A stretch of DNA of 56,462 nt, filler included, from Squatina squatina (taxonomy: Eukaryota): NCBI GenBank assembly GCA_031763465.1. It is 4 parts of 4 records of this genome, joined end to end, with 100 filler letters (N's around TTAATTAATTAA, not from the genome) between each part and the next. Parts side by side here need not be neighbours in the genome. Positions count along the whole stretch, not along the records: positions 43,985 to 56,462 come from JARFOE010000219.1; 3 more parts are not named here. The stretch is one strand, 5' to 3'. Position numbers and translations under genes: made by a program. The notes under the pieces are model-generated. The model did not search any database. It worked only from the letters and a program-made list of their open reading frames with translations, and was not told where the DNA came from. Within the stretch, counting starts at the first letter, position 1, and the number at the start of each line of letters is the position of its first letter. Positions 50,800-56,462 of the stretch are shown here, one piece after another.

Positions 50800-51470
50800 T
50801 TTGCGTTTCCTTTGACAATGAAGCAGCCCATTCCAACCCAGAACAGGACCCGGAGAACAACTAGACTTGGGCAAATATTCATACCACATAAGTGGCAGGT
50901 AATGACTATCTTTAACAAGGGAAAGCCCAACAACCTTCAGTGGCACCGCCATTGCTGAGTCCTGCACTGTCAACATCCTGGGGTCACTAATAACCAGGAG
51001 CTTAACTGAACCAGCTATATTAACACTGTGGCTACAAAAGCAGGACAGAGACTGTATCCCCTGCAATGAATGGCTCACATTCTGAATCCTCAAAGTCTCT
51101 ACAGCTGCAACAGTACTGAAGAAGCTTGTCACTATCCACAACAGTGCAGTTTTCTTGAATGGTGCTCATACCAATGAATTCATTATCCACCTCCTCCACC
51201 ACTGGTGCACTCTGACTGCAGTATGCACAATCTATAAGATGCACTACAGGAACTCACCAAGGTTATTTCAACAGGACCTCCCTCCCCTGTGACCTCTGCC
51301 ACCAAGAAAAATCAGCAATGTTGTGGGAACACCATCACCTCCAAGCTCCCTTTCAAGTCACACAATATCCTGACTTGCACATACGTTGCTGTTTCTTCAT
51401 TGTAACTGTGTCAGAATCCTGGAATTCCTACCTAACGCCATTGTGGGAACACCATTACCATAAGGTGTAA
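50800..51470 (+). mobile_element. Old LINE fragment, same family as 46090-46610
   Basis: Collinear with the reverse complement of 46090-46610 and 45048-45280 (ctgcagtatgcacaatctataagatgcactacaggaactcaccaagg). Confidence 0.7.
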
Positions 51471-53259
51471 CATCTGAAACAAAAGATGCACTAGGCCAAA
51501 TAGAGATGGGAAATAAATGCAAATGAACAAATAAAAAGACTACTAGGCTGTTTCTTTGCATGACATTTATAAAGTTTTGTTTGTTCATGGCCATTTCATT
51601 GTCAGTAGGGCAGCAGAATTACAGCAAAATCTATATATTCTGCTGCATTGACGTGAAGATTATAAGACTGAATTTTTAAAAAACACATACAGGGACACAA
51701 CAACTAGCAGTCCTACAGCGTCTTTAACACAGTAAAATGCCCCAAGGCGCTTAGCGGGAGTGTTATCAAACAAAAATTGACACTAAACCAAAGAAGGAGA
51801 TATTAGGACTTGGTCAAGGAGCGTCTTAAAGGAGAGGGAGAGAGAGAGGGGTTTAGGGAGAGAATTCCAGAGCTTTGGGCCCAGGTAGCTGAGGGCACGG
51901 CCGTCAATGGTGGGGCGATGAAAGTGAGGAAAGAGCAAATATCTTGCATTTTTTCCTCAAGACACAACTTTACACAAGAGCTATTACAGAATGCTCCCCC
52001 TTACTCAGTACCTCAAGACCTTCATCAGTAGGTTACTGAAGCTGATGCAATCACATTTTAGACAGAATTAGATACAAAGAAAAATATAAACGGGTATGGG
52101 GAGAGAGCAGGGAAAGGGGATTAGAATAATTAGCTCTGATGTAGAGCAGGTCCAGGCACAATTGACCAAATGCCGCCTTCTGCGGTGAAAATTCTACGAT
52201 TCTATGAAACAAATCTCTTTCTAATGGGCATCAATTAAAACAATGCTCAGAATCTCAGAATATTTACATTTTTTAAAATAATTTTTATTACTGTATTTAC
52301 AAAATTAGCAAAACGTCAGTACTACAAACATGGCTTTACAAAAATAAACATTTTTACCGCACTGTTGATTTCTGCCTCTACATTATCCCTGAACTGACAC
52401 ATCCCACTGACTGATGGGGAACGTCTTGGGTAGTACAGCCAGACAACGGCATAGCAAAACCTCACGGGGCAGCACCGTGTGTCCTCACTCAGTCCAGCGA
52501 TGGCCGCAGTGTGGTGCTGTGCACACGTAGTACAGTCTCATTGCATCCTGCGGCAAGGGGGAGTAAAAGACTGCGTTAAAGGCCTGCTTTAAACTCGCAA
52601 TCCTTTGTCACTAGCGACCAGTCACGAATACCACTCGACTCATTCACAAAACGGATTCGGTCATGCTCCTTGCATTCAAACATTTTTCTGGCCATTTTAA
52701 AGCCACTATTGTTGCTAATACTCATTAAAATCCTGAAGCTAAATACTATTCTCATCGTATGAAGCTATTACTGCAGAACTGCAGTATCTATAATCTTTCT
52801 GTTGCCCATATGGAATGTGATACATCATGAACAAAATTTACAATTAAGTGTTCAACTTAAATGATGTATTGTCACATTTTGCCACATTGCCTCCATATTA
52901 ACACATATTATCCACCTTTATTAAAATGAGTTAAATATTTGGAGAGCTGATCTATTTGATTTCAAATTAATGGGTACAATTCCTCTTACTCACAACCATT
53001 TCCTATTGTTATGATAACTTTAATGACATTGGCAGCGCTTAGAGGTTAATGCCTGAAGCATAATGGTGACACCAACTTCTATGATAACATTGGTATGCCT
53101 ACTATTCAGTCATCCCTGCCATACCTGCTTGCCATTTTGTCCTGTTACAATAAATACAGTTTAAAAAAAAGTGTTCACTAAATATATTTTATTTTCATGA
53201 AGGCAGTGTCATCTCCTTTAAGGGCTTGAGACATCAACAACTTCACTGTAACGATTGTC

Positions 53260-53875
<616 letters not shown>

Positions 53876-54184
53876 TAAATATACAGTGTGTAAGAGTTCT
53901 CCTTCCAACAAAATAGGCTGTGTATTAATAATAATATGGGACTTTGATCTAAAATGAATTCTAATCTGACATCTGTGGAAGTACTGGAATAAAAATACAG
54001 CAACAAAATAATTAGTATAAATGTCAATGTTTGAGAACTTAGCTGGAATACAAANNNNNNNNNNNNNNNNNNNNNNNNNNNNNNNNNNNNNNNNNNNNNN
54101 NNNNNNNNNNNNNNNNNNNNNNNNNNNNNNNNNNNNNNNNNNNNNNNNNNNNNNGTTTCTCTGTATTTCTTGCCTGTGTTTATT

Positions 54185-54630
54185 CTCAAATCGGAGTCTC
54201 CACAGAACTGTAAAGACGGAAAATATTACAAATAATAAATGGATTTGGTCATCAACAGCAAATAAGAGTTGGCGTTTACGCAGAGCTCCGACTGTTGTGA
54301 GCGTTATTTTTTGTATTTGGGTCTGTTATTTTTTGACTTTGGGACCTTCCGATTTGTTGACTGGAGTCACTCCATTTCTAATACANNNNNNNNNNCCCAT
54401 AAGCATCGTAGGAATCCCCCTTTTTGATTGGTTGACCGGGCCCACATGATCCTAGCGACGCTTGGAAACTGTGCGCGCCCCTGGGATCTGTTGGCCTTTA
54501 CGCAGGCATATCCCTTCAGGCCCGAGAAGGGAACTCTCCTTAGTTGTGGAACAAGGAGGTAAGTACGGAAATGTTTTGCGGGTCAGAGGGTACTCTGGAG
54601 ATACACCTCCGACCACAAATTATCTTGATT
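54185..54630. mobile_element. GC-rich DNA-transposon-like repeat (family of 40666-41346)
   Basis: Shares motifs in reverse orientation with 40666-40890. Confidence 0.45.
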
Positions 54631-54714
54631 CGGAAAGCAGACAATTGGAGTTAGAGAGTGGAGTAAAGGTGATTTGCATTTTTTTTAATGTCTATCCCGC
54701 AATACATTGCTTGA

Positions 54715-54963
<249 letters not shown>

Positions 54964-55864
54964 TGAGTGATTGATATAACACATGCTTGACTGCGGTCAT
55001 TCAAAAGTGCTGCTACTTTTCAAAAATACTAACTTGCGTAGTCTTATTATTTTGTTCAGGCAACTAATGTTCTCCAAGACAGTGATTACTTGAATGCCAG
55101 AATAATATTACGAGATCACCTGAGATTATTTGAGGTGGCTTTTTGCAAGTTAACCAGACTGTCAATTATCTACAGTTTATTTTCCGTTGCTTTCTAAACT
55201 GTATGATAAGAGTTCAGTTTGAAGAACTTGCTGGTTATTACTGCAGCTTGACATCACCAAGTTTGAAATATAATTGGTTCAAGCATTTCCTCAATACTCG
55301 GTCCATGCCTACAGCTGATTCTATGATTTAAAGTTTTTCATCAAGTCAAACAATGGTACTCATGTACTGAATTCCAAGCTTGGATTATTATATGAAATCC
55401 ACTGACTTGTCATCTGGCATTAAACCTGCCATATGAAAATTAGTGAATATTTTAAAACTGTTTTTAACGGAGCAATAGATATGGCATTGCAATGAAGGTA
55501 TTCTGTGTGATGCAAGGTATTTCACAATATTGGGTTTGTAATAGAGGACCTTTCATTTTACTGGATTGTTTCTGGATGGTGACTGTTGGAAAATTTCAGC
55601 GTCTTAGATAATTTTGTTGAATAAGAACTTCTATCGCAACTATATGATTCTTGTCAGTTCTCTGCAGTAGCAAAGTATCTGTTGAATTCATCGAGAGCTG
55701 TTTATTTGTGGTTCCAGTTTGTGTTGAATCTACTTGGAATGAGGTGTTTTATAATTAGCAACAAGAATAAACTTGACCTGTTTTATAGGTTTTGTGTTCC
55801 TGTGGTAACATGCATCTGTAATTGGTGCAAGAAAGAACTTGCATTCATATACCACTGTTCATGT

Positions 55865-56260
55865 CGCAGAGCACTCTGCAGGCAATTAATTACCTTTGAA
55901 GTGAAGTCACTGTAGTTGTGTCAGCAAACCCAGCAGCCAACTTGGCCCCATCAATAGCAATGAGATAAATAACCATTTAATCTTTTTCCAGTTGTGTTGG
56001 TTGTGGTTTAAGTGCTAACCAGGACAAGAACGCCTCCACTTTATATAGTGCCATGGGATCTTTTAGTTCATGTCAACAGGCAGATGGGCCTTGGTTTAAT
56101 GTCTTGTCCAAAAGTCGGCACGACTGACAATACACCCCTCTCTCGGTACTGCACTGAAGTGTCAGCCTAATTATGGGCTCCAGCCCTGGAGTGGGGCTTG
56201 GATCCATGACCTTCTGGCTCAGCAATGAGAGTACCATCATTGGTCCAGACTGATGGTCAA
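55865..56260 (-). mobile_element. DeuSINE-type SINE, near full length and diverged
   Basis: atagtgccatgggatcttttag Deu core, ggtactgcactgaagtgtcagcct segment and tRNA-like head near 56190-56250. Confidence 0.75.
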
Positions 56261-56462
56261 ACATAATTCGGAATCAGGAAAGTTCTGAATTCCCTTAATT
56301 ATGGTGGTAAATGCCATCAATTAAACTGAGAGCTATACCATGTATCAGTTACTAAATATACAACTGTAGGTCGCACACTCTGGTTGCCCCCCAACCTGGA
56401 GTCTTGCTGCGCGATGCCGGAAGCCCGGTCACTCCTGCTTTGGTTATATGCAGAGAACCGTC

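Overview
This is eukaryotic vertebrate DNA, almost certainly from a cartilaginous fish (shark or ray). The evidence is a shark-type Ig kappa (NS4-like) V gene and CR1, L2, DeuSINE and Penelope-like repeats typical of chondrichthyans. It is a fragmentary draft assembly: short contigs joined mostly by 100-N spacers, three of which carry a synthetic TTAATTAATTAA linker (14470, 30034, 43929) that splits the window into four probably unrelated blocks. Block 1 holds a CR1 fragment, an intact unrearranged Ig kappa V gene (promoter, leader, V exon, 12-RSS) whose nonamer abuts about 35 copies of a 54-bp minisatellite, an unnamed PPxY-rich terminal exon and a PIK3R4 kinase exon. Block 2 is mostly non-coding or repetitive, with unidentified candidate exons. 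Block 3 holds AP2A1 (5 exons), PRMT1, a probable BCL2L12 last exon and SCAF1, in the human 19q13.33 order and orientation. Block 4 holds MAP3K9 (3 exons) head-to-head with PCNX1 (promoter and 2 exons). There are no prokaryotic systems, CRISPR arrays, rRNA or clear tRNA genes. The best leads are: (i) a Penelope-associated minimal hammerhead ribozyme with a compensated U3-A8 core, lying sense-downstream of a stop codon; (ii) the heptamer-bearing VNTR next to the V recombination signal; (iii) a frame-preserving 66-nt candidate cassette exon in the AP2A1 ear domain. Gene identities and comparisons with human orthologues come from recalled sequences, not database searches.
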